Shown here piece by piece: positions 20,255-38,970 of a stretch of DNA of 64,000 nt. How positions within the stretch are numbered: the first letter of the stretch is position 1; each line of letters opens with the position of its first letter. The DNA is from the human T2T-CHM13v2.0 reference genome, Homo sapiens: NCBI RefSeq assembly GCF_009914755.1, contig NC_060946.1. One strand, given 5' to 3'. Under the pieces are notes generated by a model. It searched no databases. It saw nothing but the letters and a program-made list of their open reading frames with translations, and was not told the DNA's origin. Made by a program: the position numbers and the translations under genes.

Positions 20255-20816
20255 TGTATTAGTCATGGTTCTTTAGAGGGATAGAACTAATAGTATATAT
20301 ATATATGAAAGGGAGTTTATTAAAGAGAATTGAATCACACCATCACAAAGTGAAGTCCTACAACAGGCCGTCTGCAAGTTGAGGAGCAAGGAATCTAGTA
20401 TTGGCTCAGTCCGAGAACCAACACCTCAAAAGTAGGGAAACCGACAGGCCAGCTTTGAGTCTCTGGATGAAGGCCTGAGAACCCCTGGAAAACAACTGGA
20501 GTAAGTCCAAGAGTCCAAAAGCCAAAGAACCTGGAGTCTGATATTTGAGTGCAGGAAGCATCCAGCATGGGAGAAAGATGAGGGCCAGAAGGCTCAGCAA
20601 GTCAGCTTCTCCTAACCTTCTTCTGCCTGCTTTATTCTAGCCATGCTGGCAGCTGATTGTATGGTGCCCACCCACATTGAGGGTGGATCTGCCTTTCCCA
20701 GTCCACTAAATAAATGTTAATCTCCTTTGGCAACACCCTCACAGACACAACCGGGAACAATACTTTGGATCCTTCAATCCAATCAAGTTGACACTTACTT
20801 CATATTAACCTTCACA
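20255..20816 (-). mobile_element. ERVL LTR, MLT2A (A2-like)
   Basis: tgtattagtcatggttctttagagggatagaactaatag ... ccttcaatccaatcaagttgacac..ttaaccttcaca. Confidence 0.82.
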
Positions 20817-20919
20817 ATGTAATATTCATCCCATTTGTAATTTTTCTTTAATATACAAGCTCCTTGAGAACATGCACCATTTGATCTTGTCTCTCTGTTG
20901 TGTTGGGCGGCAGTGGAGA

Positions 20920-21110
20920 AGAGAAGAGTTAAATGTGTGGGTGTGGAATGAGACTGTCAGATCTGCATCTTGGCTCCCCTACTTATTGGATCTCTGTCCT
21001 TGAGTAAATTACTTAACATCTTTCTCAGTTTCCTTACCTGTAAATGAGTGGTGACATATATGGAACGTAGAACAAGAGCCAAGCAAGTATTCAGTAAAAG
21101 CTGATGTTGT
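20920..21110 (+). mobile_element. MIR fragment
   Basis: Core motif ccttgagtaaattacttaac...ctcagtttccttacctgtaaatg. Confidence 0.6.
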
Positions 21111-21163
21111 TGCCTACCGTTTATTCTCAGTGTTTGGCATAGTAGCCGGCAAAAGGAAGAGGA

Positions 21164-21486
<323 letters not shown>

Positions 21487-22069
21487 TGATAACAATATTT
21501 TTTGAAAGAATGACAGATACCAATCATGAAGGAAAAGATTTTCACAATTGACAATAAAAAACTTTAAGCTCTGAATGGTAAAAAGTGAGAAAATTAAAAG
21601 CCAAATTACAAATTGAAAAAACTAAAGTATATAAAACAAAGGTTTTCATTCTCAATTTGATGCAGAATCTTGACAAATCAAAAAGAACAAAAGGTGAACC
21701 CACCTAAAAGAAATAGGCAAAAAACTTTCAAGAAAAGCAGTTTACAAAATGCCAATGACTAATAAACATGGATATTTAACATCACTAGTATTCAAAGTAC
21801 TTCATTTATAGAGATCCCTCCTTCACCTATCAAATTAGCAAAGATGAAAAAGGCTAGTAATACCAAGTTTTGAAGAGAGGTGAGAGGAAATGACAAGTTT
21901 ATGTACCTTGGTAGGACATGATATTGTGGCAATATGTTTCAGAATACTCATAAATGTATATACCTTTTAGATCAACAATTACACTTTTAGGCTTAAGAAA
22001 ATATGAAAATTAGGTACAAATATTTCTCTATATGTTCAACTAAGTATTATTTTTTTAATTAAAAAAAAA

Positions 22070-22357
<288 letters not shown>

Positions 22358-22581
22358 TAAAAATTATTTTTATAGCAGCCCAACTAAGTATTATTTTAAT
22401 AGTAAATATTGGAGTTAACTTTAATTTTGAACAGGATAAGTAATCATGATGCAGCACATTGAATACTCTTTCATTAAGCTAAACAACTATTAAAAATGAT
22501 TTACAAATACATTTACTGAAAAGAAACATGTTTGTGATATACAGTTAAGTGTAAAACAATTCAGGTTATAAGAACATATTA

Positions 22582-22903
<322 letters not shown>

Positions 22904-23779
22904 TCACTGATTTTTATAAGAATATTTGACAGAGAGAGGGGGAAGTGAAGGGAAGGGGGAGGAGAGGGGAAGGGAAGGGAAGGAAAGAAGGGAAGAAGGG
23001 AAGGGAAGGGAATATGGGTGGATTTATATCAAAAGGTTCAGAAGGAAATGATTCTTTTCTTCTGGATGTGACTATTGCAGATTTTATTTTTAACTTTTCC
23101 TCTTTTTCTTATTTATTTATATTTTCTTATTTTAAGAGAAACTATAAAACTATATATATTACTTTTCAACTTAAAAATAGTTTAGCGCTTCAATAATACA
23201 GAAGACTCAAACATTACAGATAATTAAAGCATTACTAAATGTGGAAATGTTTAGTTTCACAATTTCTGTAGTGATATTCAAGACCAGATATCACCTTGGG
23301 AATCAGAACTGGTGCAGGATCTTGTCCTAACACTACCAAAAAAGCATATGGCTGTCCCAGCTCTGTATGTTTATGTTGTCTTATAATAGAGCAACCAGTT
23401 GTTTATTAGGATGGCCAAAAAGGCACATTTCAAAAATGCCTATTGAAATATTAGTAGTACAAATAATACTGCTGCTTAATTTTTTCTAATTAGAACTGAT
23501 AAAATTCAAAAGCAACATAAGCAGACAAATAGTAATAATATGGTTTATCAAATTAATTGTCACATGATTATTAAAGTGAGATCATGTGTGTTAAGTAGTG
23601 GTATCTTAAGCCACTGAAATATCTTCCTTGGTCTGGAATGAGCTTTCTATGGAGATTAAAAAGATGTTAAATTGAACAGTCTTGGTTATTAAATGAAGAA
23701 GCAAAGCCAGAAACCCTGTTTAAAGAACTAACAAAAAAGGTCATGAATGATCTGGTGGTTGTTATATTTTCTTGTTTAC

Positions 23780-23955
23780 CCGAGGAGAAGACTATGCTCA
23801 AGCATGTATTGAATCCAGTGATAGCCAGAATGTCATCCATACTGCTAGCAGCCATTAGTAAGGTTGGAATGTCTTCCTCAACACCATATCCATTTTCTTG
23901 CGACACCATTGTGTAAAGGACAACAACAGCAGGAGAGACAGCACCTAGAACAAAA
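23780..23955 (-). pseudogene. SLC9B1P: SLC9B1P exon 7 equivalent (176 bp), retaining the DD ion-binding motif
   Basis: tttcag|TTTTGTTCTAGG...TCGG|gtaaac; encodes FVLGAVSPAVVVLYTMVSQENGYGVEEDIPTLLMAASSMDDILAITGFNTCLSIVFSSG. Confidence 0.93.
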
Positions 23956-25099
23956 CTGAAAGAAAGAATGAAAATTAATTTAAAAGCATCTTTTTAATCA
24001 AGTAGTGTTTTTTAAGTACAACTAGTTTATAATAAATTTATAACAAACATTGTTTAGAAGAATTTCAAATTTGAGTGAATGCAATTTAATGGTGATAAAA
24101 CTTTTCATGCATTGTTTAGTGCTGGCTAAAATTTTATACAGACGTGGTTTAAAATGTTGGGCTGAGCACAGGTTGCAGCCTTTCCCTCTATTCCTAAATC
24201 CTTTGAAGTGAAGATGTAAAGGTAATAGAAAAATTCATAACCTAACTAGAAAGCAAAAGGTGAATCATCAATGGACAAGAAACTAAGTATATGTCAGAAA
24301 GAAAAGAGACAGACAATTTAGGATTGAAAAAAGGAAACCATAAACCAAAATGTGTGTAAATAAGATTGCCTCAAAAGATACATGTGCTTCTAAAAGTGGT
24401 CCAAGCCCTGAAATGACAGATGCTGGGAGCAGGAGAGACCTCTGGGGAAACCAAATAGTTGATTATTTGGAGTACCACTGTAAGAATGGTCAGACAAATC
24501 TACCTCCCACACATTTCCTACCTCTTGAGTAAATAAGTAAGTAAGGAAGGAAGGAACAGAGTTGTCTGCCCAAAAAAACAAGTGTGGCCACCTAAGTTAC
24601 AAAGGCAAATGAGAACATTTCTGGAGTGGTTGATGACACCCATGAGAAATGGGGAGGCTCCTGCTCAGAATACCTTCTATTGGCATATCTTATCCAGAAT
24701 TTCACCTCATCTCTTCTACATTTACTTTATAAAGCGTGAAGTATATCCTGTGTAGAAATGCTTTTGGTGCTCCTGCCAGAATCCATTTACCAGGTCAATG
24801 AACACATCTCCCAGTGCTTCTTGTTGGCTGCTAATATCTGCAGGTTTCTAGAACCCTTGTCCTGCTGACAAGCACCTACCTGGGAATACTAGGAAGGTTG
24901 TGTACCCCTCTACTTTCCCTCCAGACAGCATCTGCCAATGACGGACTGATGTGAGATTTGCTTCTGGCTGTACAACTCTATGGCGCAGTTTATGCTACAG
25001 ATTTCCCTGTGCGCTCAAGAAGAGACTAGACTTCTCTAAGACCACATACTGGTCTAGTTCAGTGGTTCCTGAACTCTGCTGCACATTGTAATCACCTGT

Positions 25100-25385
25100 T
25101 GTATTATTTTTCTCATTTTGCTTAACAAGTCATCCCCAAACATAGCAGCTTAAAACAACAAATATTTATTGTCTTATGACTTCTGTGGGTCAGGAATCTG
25201 GGCATGGCTTAGTTGTATGCCTTGACTTAAGATTTCCCATGAGGTAGGGTGGGGTGGAGAAGATCTGCTTCCAAGTTTACTCATGTAGCCATTGCAGGCT
25301 TCAGTTTTTTCCAGTGGGGTTTTCTCCACAGGGCTGCCTCAGGACATGGCAGCTGGCTTCCCCAGGAATAAGTGATCAAAGAGAA
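25100..25385 (-). mobile_element. Old MLT1-type MaLR LTR fragment
   Basis: agcagcttaaaacaacaaatatttatt...ttctgtgggtcaggaatctgggcatggcttag motif. Confidence 0.55.
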
Positions 25386-25501
25386 TTTAATCCACAACAT
25401 CAATTAAAAACACAAAGTATCTAAGAACAAAACTGTGAAGACAGTCTATACTTTTATAAAAATTGTGAATATAATAATATAATAATTAAGATAATACCTG
25501 A

Positions 25502-25720
<219 letters not shown>

Positions 25721-26156
25721 TAATATAAAGATGTAATCTCTCCCCCAAATGAATTAATCAGAGATACACCAATCAAAATCTTTGCAGGGATTTTTACTGA
25801 GCTTGACAAGCTGATTATAAAATTCATTTGGAAGAATAAGATCTTAGAATGAAAGATCAAGTAAACTTAAGAGAACAAGATACTGTTTTTGTAAAGGTAA
25901 AATAGTTAAAACTAAATAATAGTGACATATAAATAGACAAAATAAATTGGAAGAAAAGAGAATACAAAGTGTGGAAACAAATCCATGGGATTTGTTACAT
26001 CATACAATTGGTATTTTAAATCAGTGGGAGAAAGAAAGAAATCTTTCACAAATGGTGTTGAGATAACTATTTATGTGGAAAGGAATATAGATAGATCCTT
26101 ACACATAATAAATGTTAAAAGCTCAAAAGGAAAAGTAGTAATAAGAAAATGTTGTG

Positions 26157-26413
<257 letters not shown>

Positions 26414-28650
26414 GATGTAGAATAATATATTTGTGATCATGAGGTAAAAAGGACCTTTTGAATGATACATACAAAGGCATTAGACATAAAAAGAGATTTT
26501 GATACATTCAATTATATTAAAGTAGTACTTCAAAAGCAACTTCAAAAGTACTATAATAAAGTGCTACTTCAAAAGCAATTCTGCTCTTTCTCCCCCTTTT
26601 TCTCTTTTTCATTTTCAAAGTCAAGTGAACGGTGTTGTGTATTGGCAATTCTGTCTGTTGAAAATAACAAAATACACTTCTTAGAGTGAAAAAAAAATCA
26701 TCACAAACAAAATTAAATACCTACTGATATTTGCAATACATATAATTTACAAATGCACATAACAGATATAATTAATAAAGAAGACCAACTCAACAAAAAA
26801 ATAGACAAAAGATATGAACAGGCTAGTTACAGATAAGGAAAAGCTGAAGGACAACACATATATAAAAGATATTCAAGCTTGTGAATAATCACAGAAATGC
26901 AAATTAAAATAACAAAAATATGCCATTTTTTCAATTATCAGACTGGAAAACATTATAAAATTTAATAATATCAAGGATTTGCAAGGATTTTCAAGAACAA
27001 CAGGTATGCTCATAAGCTATTGGTATTAGGGCAAATTAAAGTGGCCATACCGAAAGGATTTTCGCAGTATACATCAAACTAAAAATGCATGTAACCCAGG
27101 TAACTATTCTAGACAAACTTATATTTATGTAAAATGAGACAAATAAAATGCTATTTTTGTGATAACATTGTAAATAAAATCTGCTGTTGACATACAATGT
27201 AATCTTATACAACTAAAAGGAATAAACTACTTGTGTATCCATCTTGAGATGGATAAACCTCAAGACTATTGTTGAGTGAAAAGAACAAATTGTAAAGTAA
27301 AATTTTCTTGGGTATGATTACGTAAAAATGTGCAAAATAATACTCTTTTTTTCTCTGGGTTCACAAATACATTTGTTAGAAGTCCAGAACATTATTTTTA
27401 AAGATCTAGAATGATAACATAAAACTCATGAAGATGCTGCCACTCTGTCTGCAGCAGCACATGAGTGCACCCCACAACACCATTGCCCCGGCTGGCACGT
27501 GCAAGTATGCAGAACACCCCATCCCACTCCTGCCGGCGCTGCACCCCTGCCAACACATGCATACCTGCTGTGTGCTGCTGCTGCTGGCACATATGTGTGA
27601 GATCACTACAATGAAGCACTTTGGCTGGCACACCCCATCAGAGTGTTGTTGCCAGTGGACTGGGAACACCTCAGTGCTTAACATTGAAGGGCCAGACAAC
27701 AAATCTGTGAGTATGGTACCAGCCTTGCAAAGTTAGAGCACGCCGTTCAGGAGTGCTGAGCTGAGCCTTTGCCCCCTGAAATCTTCCAGAAATGATTTGA
27801 TTGAACTACCTTGTGCCACAGTCAAACCCTCAAGGGCATTAAAGAATATAAAAAAGGAAAAAGCTCCATCCAAAGGACAGTGATTCAAAACATTAAAGGA
27901 ACCTTAGCCCACACAGATGTGAAAGAACCAGTGCAAGAACTCTGGCAATGTAAAAAGCCAGAATGTCTTCCTGTCTTCAAGCAATCATACTAACTCTTCA
28001 ACAATGGTTGTTAACCAGGATTAAATGACAGACATAGAATTCAGAATCTGGATAGAAACAAAGATCATTGAGATTCAGAAGAAAGTCAAAATCCAATCCA
28101 AATAATTTAAGGAATCCAATAAGATGACATAAGAGCTGAAAGATGAAATAGGTATTTTAAGAAAGAACCAAACTAAACTGATAGAGCTGAAAAATGCACC
28201 TCAAGAATTTCATAAAACAATAACAAATACTAACAGCAGAACGGACCAAGCTGAGGAAAGAATCTCAGATCTCAAAGACCACTTCTTTGAATCAACTCAG
28301 TCAGACGAAAATAAAGAACAAAAAAGAATGAACAAAACCTCTGAGAAATCTGAGATTATGTAAAGAGACCAAACATATGACTCAAGGCATCACTCAAAGA
28401 AAGGGAGAAAGAACAAGCAAGTTGGAAAACATATTTGAGGATACTGCCCACAAAAATTTCCCAAATCTTGCTAGAGAAGTCACCATTTAAATCCAGGAAA
28501 TGCAGAGAATCCTGTGAGATACTATACAAGATGACCATCCCCAAGACAGACAGACATCAGATTCTCCAAGGTCAACATGAAATAAAAAAATATGAAAGGC
28601 AGCTAAAGTGAAGGGGCAGGTCACATACAAAGGGAATCCCATCAGGCTAA

Positions 28651-29007
<357 letters not shown>

Positions 29008-29036
29008 TTCAGCATTCTTAAAAAAAAAAAATACTT

Positions 29037-29351
<315 letters not shown>

Positions 29352-32300
29352 CAACCAAGAACTTAATATCCAGCCAAACTAAACATATGTGAACGAGAAG
29401 TAAGATCCTTTTCAGACAAACAAATGCTGACGGAATCTGTTACCACCAGACATGCCTTACAAGAGGTCCTTAAGGGAGTGCTAAGCGTGGAAGTGAAAGA
29501 CTGTTAATGGCCACCACAAAAATACATTTAAGTACATAGACCATTGACGTTGTAAAGCCTGCATAATAACAATCAAGTCTGCATAATAACCAGCTAACAA
29601 CATAATGGCAGGACCAAAGCTATAAATACCAATATTAACTGTGAATGTAAACAGTATAAATGCCCCGCTTAAAACTCACAGAATGGCAAGTTGGATAAAG
29701 AAGCAAAGCCCAACCGTATCTGTTGTCAAGAGACCCAGCTCATATGCAACAATACCCATTGGCTTGAAGTAAAAGGATGGAAAAAAATCTACCAAGCAAA
29801 TGCAAAACAAAAAAAGGTAAGCATTGTTATTCTAATTCAGACAAAATAGACTTTAAACCAACAACAATCAAAAAGACAAAGAAGGGCACTACGTAATGAT
29901 AAAGGGTTCAATTCAACAAGAAGACTTAACTGTCTGAAACATAAATGTGCTCAAAACTGGAGCATTCACATTAGTAAAACAAGTTCATAGAGACCTATAG
30001 AGAGAATTAGATAACCACAGAATAATAGTGGGAGACTTCAACATCTCACTGACAGTACTAGACAGATCATAGAGACAGAAAATGAACAAAGATATTCAGG
30101 ACTTGAAGTCAACACTTGGCTAAATGGACCTAACAGCCATCTACAGAACACTCCACCCAACAACAACAGAATATATCTTCCTCTCATCTGTACATGGCAT
30201 ATATTGTAAAATTGATCACACTATCAGTCTAAAATTATTTTCAATAAATTAAAAGAAACCCCTGAAATCATGCCAACCACACTCTTGGACCGCTCAGTGT
30301 AACAAAAATAGAAGTCAACACTAAGAAGAACTCTCAAAACCATACAATTACATGGAAATTAAACAACCTGTGCCTGAATGACTTTTGGGTAAACAGTGAA
30401 ATTAAGGCAGAAACCAATAAATTCTTTGAAACTGATTAAAACAAAGATACAACATTCTAGGCTCTCTAAGACACAGGCAAAGCATTGTTAAGGGAAAAGT
30501 TTATCGTGCTAAATGCCCATATTGAAAAGTTAGAAGGATCTTAAATTAACAACCTAATATCATACCTAAAGGAAATAGAAAAACAAGAGGAAAGAAACCC
30601 AAAGCTAGCAGAAGAAAATAAATAACCAAAATCCGAGCAGAATGGAATGAAATTGAGTCATGAAAAGCCATACAAAAGATAAATGAAACTAAAAGCTGGT
30701 TCTTCAAAAGAATAAATAAATTTGATAGGTCACTAGCTAGACCAATAAGGAAAAAAAAAAGAGAAGATACAAAAAACACAATCAGAAATGGTAAAGTGGA
30801 CATTACCGCCAACCACACAGAAATATAAAAAACTCTCACAGACTATGATGAACATGTTTATGCAAACAAAGTAGAACACCTACAAGAAATGGGTAAATTT
30901 CTGGAAACATACAACCTCCCAAGATTGAACTAGGAAGAAATTGAAATCCTGAACAAACCAAAAACGAGTTTTGAAACTGAATGAGTAATAAAAAGTCTCT
31001 GAGCCAAAAAAAAAAAGCAAGCCCAGGACCCAACAGATTCACAGACAAATTCTACCGGAAGTGTAAAGAAGAGCTGGTACCAATGCTACTGAAATTATTC
31101 TGAAAAAAATGAGGAGGAAGGATCCCTCCCTAACTCATTTTATGAGGTCAGCATCATTCAGATATGAAAACCTGGCAGAGACACAACAAAAAAGAAAACT
31201 TCAGGACAGTTATCACTGATGATCATAGATGCAAAAATCCTCAACAAAATACAAGCCAACTGAATCCAGCAGCATATCAAAAAGCTAGTCTACTATGATC
31301 AAGTAAGCTTTATCCCTGGGATGCAAGTTTGGTTCAAGATATACAAACCAATAAATGTGATTCATCATAAAATAGAACTAAAAATAAAAACATCCCTTCA
31401 TGATATAAACCCTCAACAAATGAGTTTCTGAAGGAGCATACCTCAAAATAATTGGAGCCATTTATGACAAACCCACAGCCAACTTCATACTGAATGGGAA
31501 AAAGCTGGAATATTCCCTTTGAGAACTGGAACAAGACAAGGATGCCCACTCTCACTACTCCTATTCAACATAGTGCTGGATGTCCTAACCAGTGCAATTA
31601 GGCAAGAGAAAGAAACACAGACATCTAAATAGGAAGAATGGAAGTCAAACTATGCCTCTTCATAGGTGAAACAGTTTTATACCAAGAAAACCCCATAGTA
31701 GCCTCTCGAGAGCTCCCAGATCTGATAAATGACTTCAGCAAAGTTTCAGGATACAAAAATCAATGTACAAAAATCTGTAGCATTTCTATACACCAACAAC
31801 ATCCAAGCTGACAGCCAAATCAAGAATGCAATCCCATTCACAGTAGCCACAAAAAAACCACAAAATACCTTGGAATACAGCTAAGCAGGGAGGTGAAAAA
31901 TCTATAAAATGAAAATTAAAAACGAGTGCTCAAAGAATCAGAGACAACAGAAACAAAAGGAAAACATTCCATGATCACAGATAGGAAGAAGCAATATTGT
32001 TAAAATGGCCATACTGTCTAAGGCTATTTACAGAGTCAATGCTATTCCTATCATACCACCAATGACATTTTTCACAGGATTAAAAAAAAGCATTCTAAAA
32101 TTCATTTGGAGCCAAAAAAAAAAAAAAAAAAAGCCCAAATAGCCAAAGCAATCCTAAGCAAAAAGAACAAAGTCGAAAGCGTCACACTACCTGACTTCGA
32201 ACTGTACTACAATGCTACAGTAAGCAAAACAGCATGGTTATGCTCAGCAAAAGAAATAATCAGCAGAGTAAAAAGACAACCTACAGAGTGGGAGAAAATC

Positions 32301-33072
32301 TTTACAAACTATGCATCCAGCAAAGTACTAATATCCAGAATCTATAAGGAACTCAAAAACAGACATAGACCAGTGGAACAGGTTACAGAACACAGAAATA
32401 AAGCTGCACAGCTATAGCCATCTACTCTTCAACAAACTTGACAAAAACAAGCAATGGGGAAGGGAATCCCTACTTGGAAATTGTGCTGGGATAACTGGTT
32501 AGCCGTATGCAGAAAATTGAAACTGGACTCCATACATTTCACCGTTTACAAAAATCAACTCAAGGTAGATTAAAGACTTAAATGTAAAACCCAAAACTAT
32601 AAAAACCCTGGAAGATAGCCTAAGAAATACCATTCTGGACACAGGCCATTCTGGACATATCCTAGGAAATTTCAATTCTGGAAAACACTTTATGACAAAG
32701 ATGCCAAAAGCAATTACAACAAAAACAAAAATTCACAAATGGGACCTAATTAAACTAAAGGGCTTCTGCACAGCAAAAGAAATCATTAACAAACAACCTA
32801 TGGAATGGGAGAAAATATTTGCAAACCATGCATTCGACAAAAGTCTAATATCCAGAATCCAAAAAGAACTTAGAAAAATCAACAAGCAAAAATCTAACAA
32901 CCCCCTTAAATGGGCAAAGGACAGGAAAAGACACTTCTCAAAAGAAGACAAACAGGTAGTCAACAAGTATACGGAAAAATATTCAACATCACTAATCATT
33001 AGAGAAATGCAAAACAAAAGTGCAATGAGATACAACCTCACAGGAGGCAGAATGGCTATTATTAAAAAGTCA

Positions 33073-35473
<2,401 letters not shown>

Positions 35474-36694
35474 AGACATGAGATCAACCTAAATGCCCAT
35501 CAATGGTGAACTGGATAAAGAAAATGTGGCACATATACACCATAGAATAATACACAGCCATAAGAAAGAACGAGATCATGTCCTTTGGAGCAACGTGGAT
35601 GGAGTTGAGGCCATTATGCAAAGTGAATTAACACAGGAACAGGAAACCAAATATCCCATATTCTCACTTATAAGTGGGAGCTAAACACTGAGTACACAAG
35701 GACAGAAAGAAGGGAACAATCGTCACTAGGTGAATTTGAGGGTGGAGGCTGGAAGGAGGGGGAGAATAGAAAAACTACCTATTGGGTATTATGCTTACAA
35801 CCTGGGTGACAAAATAATCTGCATACCAAACCCCTGTGACATGCAATTTCTCCATATAACAAGCCTGCTCATGTACCACTTGAGCCAAAATAAAAATTGG
35901 AGAAGAAAAAAACTCCTAAGGGTTGTCATTTTGGGTAGAGTTATGGGCATTATGATTTGAAGCCATAGTTTAAGGTCATTCCTCCTTTATTTATAAAGTT
36001 CTAATTTTTAAAATAAAAGTGCATTTGAGTATTTTATCATAAACATTAATTTAAAAATTCACTGGATTTTGTAGTAACTATGTAACGGATGAACTTTGCT
36101 ATGAGTGTCATTGGAATGGATAAGCAGAGACAAAAGTTGATGAATTAAGAAGTGAAAAGGAGTTAGGATCTAGAGACAGTAGTTATAGACTTATTTTGAG
36201 GAATTCAAACATGAGACAAATGGATGGTAGATAAAGATGGATGGGGCACTGGATATACAGCAAGAGTTTTTGTTTGCTTTCTTTAAAATGGGAGAGTTTA
36301 TATTTATACACCTATGTCTATATAAAATGTTTATCATATATATATACACACATACATATATATGAAATGTGCAACTGTATTTACATATAGCTATGAGGAA
36401 GAGGCCATTAGATAGATTAAAACATACAGATATGTTATAATACAGACGAAAAGGAATAAATTGATCACGTGAATTTTCTTGATGATAAACATTTAGGGGC
36501 TATGAATGTTTGCTAAAAAAATTTCGTGCAATTTGGGACATGCTCTGCTTTTAATCAACTGCTTTCCAAGGATTTTAACACTGTGAAATGAATTTTAATA
36601 GAGCTTTTCTATACAATATTCTGAATATTTTAACAGTTTTAACCAAGCATCCTTAATTGAATATTTTTACAAGAAAAAATGAGAAAGAAATTAC

Positions 36695-36822
36695 ACTAAT
36701 AGAATTGCCAATTGACAGGGAAATTTCATAATGAAGTGGGAAAAAACAGCAGCTGCACTTGCCTCCATAAGGCGTGGACCTACAGCCAATCTGAAACAAA
36801 CCACCTTCAAATGCCTCAAAGC
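36695..36822 (-). pseudogene. SLC9B1P: SLC9B1P exon 6 equivalent (128 bp)
   Basis: tttcag|GCTTTGAGG...TTAGT|gtaatt; encodes ALRHLKVVCFRLAVGPRLMEASAAAVFSHFIMKFPCQLAILL. Not shown in the ORF track. Confidence 0.9.
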
Positions 36823-37506
36823 CTGAAACAGAAAACAGTCACATTTGATACATTTACAATGGCCAACAAGAAAATTATTTTAACAAATGTTGGACTATAA
36901 AGTCTTTTTTCATAAGAAGCTTTCACTAAACAAAATCTCATTTCAACAGATTGTCCCACTGGACTTTGAACTCTATTATATTTTATATGTCATCATAGGT
37001 TGGATTATAAACAATTTCATCTTTTATAAAATATTACTGTATTTTAATTATTAAAAGATCAATTTTACTGTGATTAAATAGCTAAAGCTACCTTCCTGAA
37101 CTTTCCTAATACGTAGTATAATAATAGTGTCCTATTAGTGTTTTCCCATTAACTTTTTGATATGAACTGTTTGATTAACTTAATAAGTATAAATACAATA
37201 CTAACATGCCAAAGAAAATAGCTTAAAAACTGCATAATTCATTTTAAAAGGGAGAACTTTTCAATTTTCTCCTTGGTTCATACTTTCTACTGGAGAATGT
37301 AATCTCATTGGCTATAATTATTTATGCTCTTGAGCTATTTCTATTAAACCACATTTGCCACATTTATTTGAGTGGCTGTCATATTCATGAATAGTCATCT
37401 TCTTATAGATGGGATTTATGATCCCTAGAATGTAATATTTTAAGAAATGCTTTAAAAGATTAGATTTTACAATAATGCAAAGATAATCAGGAAAATAATC
37501 CTGTAG

Positions 37507-37801
<295 letters not shown>

Positions 37802-37933
37802 TTTTTTTCTTTATCTTAGGTTTGTTTACAGACTCCACTTGGAACAGGTAAATAAAATATGTGCTTCTTTTTCTTTCTCACCATCCTCTAATATTTGAAA
37901 TAACCTTACTCGATTTGTAATTGTAAAATCTAC

Positions 37934-38076
37934 CTGTGGATCGAGTCCAAGCCCAACTCGTATTAGAATAATGTTAAGGGCAATGCTTCTTAAAATTGAA
38001 GACCATGCGTTAGGAACATGGACATGTTCATTGATGAATGGAACATTCCTAATTGTAAAACCAGCCAGTAACATCC
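37934..38076 (-). pseudogene. SLC9B1P: SLC9B1P exon 5 equivalent (143 bp)
   Basis: tttaag|GGATGTTA...CCACAG|gtagat; encodes MLLAGFTIRNVPFINEHVHVPNAWSSILRSIALNIILIRVGLGLDPQ. Confidence 0.93.
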
Positions 38077-38669
38077 CTTAAAAGAAAGAAAATAAACATA
38101 CATGACAGTTCATTTTTCTGAGAAAGAAAACAGAAATGTTTACTTTATTTTCTAATGCACTATGTCTCTCATTATTTTGGTAAAGGGCAGGTTACAAGCA
38201 AGTAGAGAAGGCAGCATGAATAAAGGAATGGTGATAAGAAACAATACACCTAAATGGGGTTCAACAAGTAATTTAGTGTTGCTGGAACATACAGGGCAAG
38301 GAAAGGAGGGAGGAGAATGAGCTTGGTGGGCCAGATCATAGAAAGGTCTCCCCCCACTTTGGCAAAGTAAGGCACCATGGGAAGGTTTTAGGCAGGAAGT
38401 AACATAATGAGTCTTGCAATTTTTATATGAGGGTCTTGGTGAATTAGTTAGGGATAAAACTGGAGACAGAGACCAAATTGAAGGCTCTGCCACAGTCCAC
38501 GCAAAAGTTGGAAACAAATAGCCTAAGCTAGAGCAAAAGAGAAAGTTTGGAGAGGAGGAAAATGATTCAATAAATACTGAGAAGGTGCTGCAAGAAAACT
38601 GTGGATACAGAAGGGACAGCAGAGATAAGATGTAGAGATTATCTCTACTGACAGTGTACTGAATATATA

Positions 38670-38954
<285 letters not shown>

Positions 38955-38970
38955 TAGATATATTTGAATA

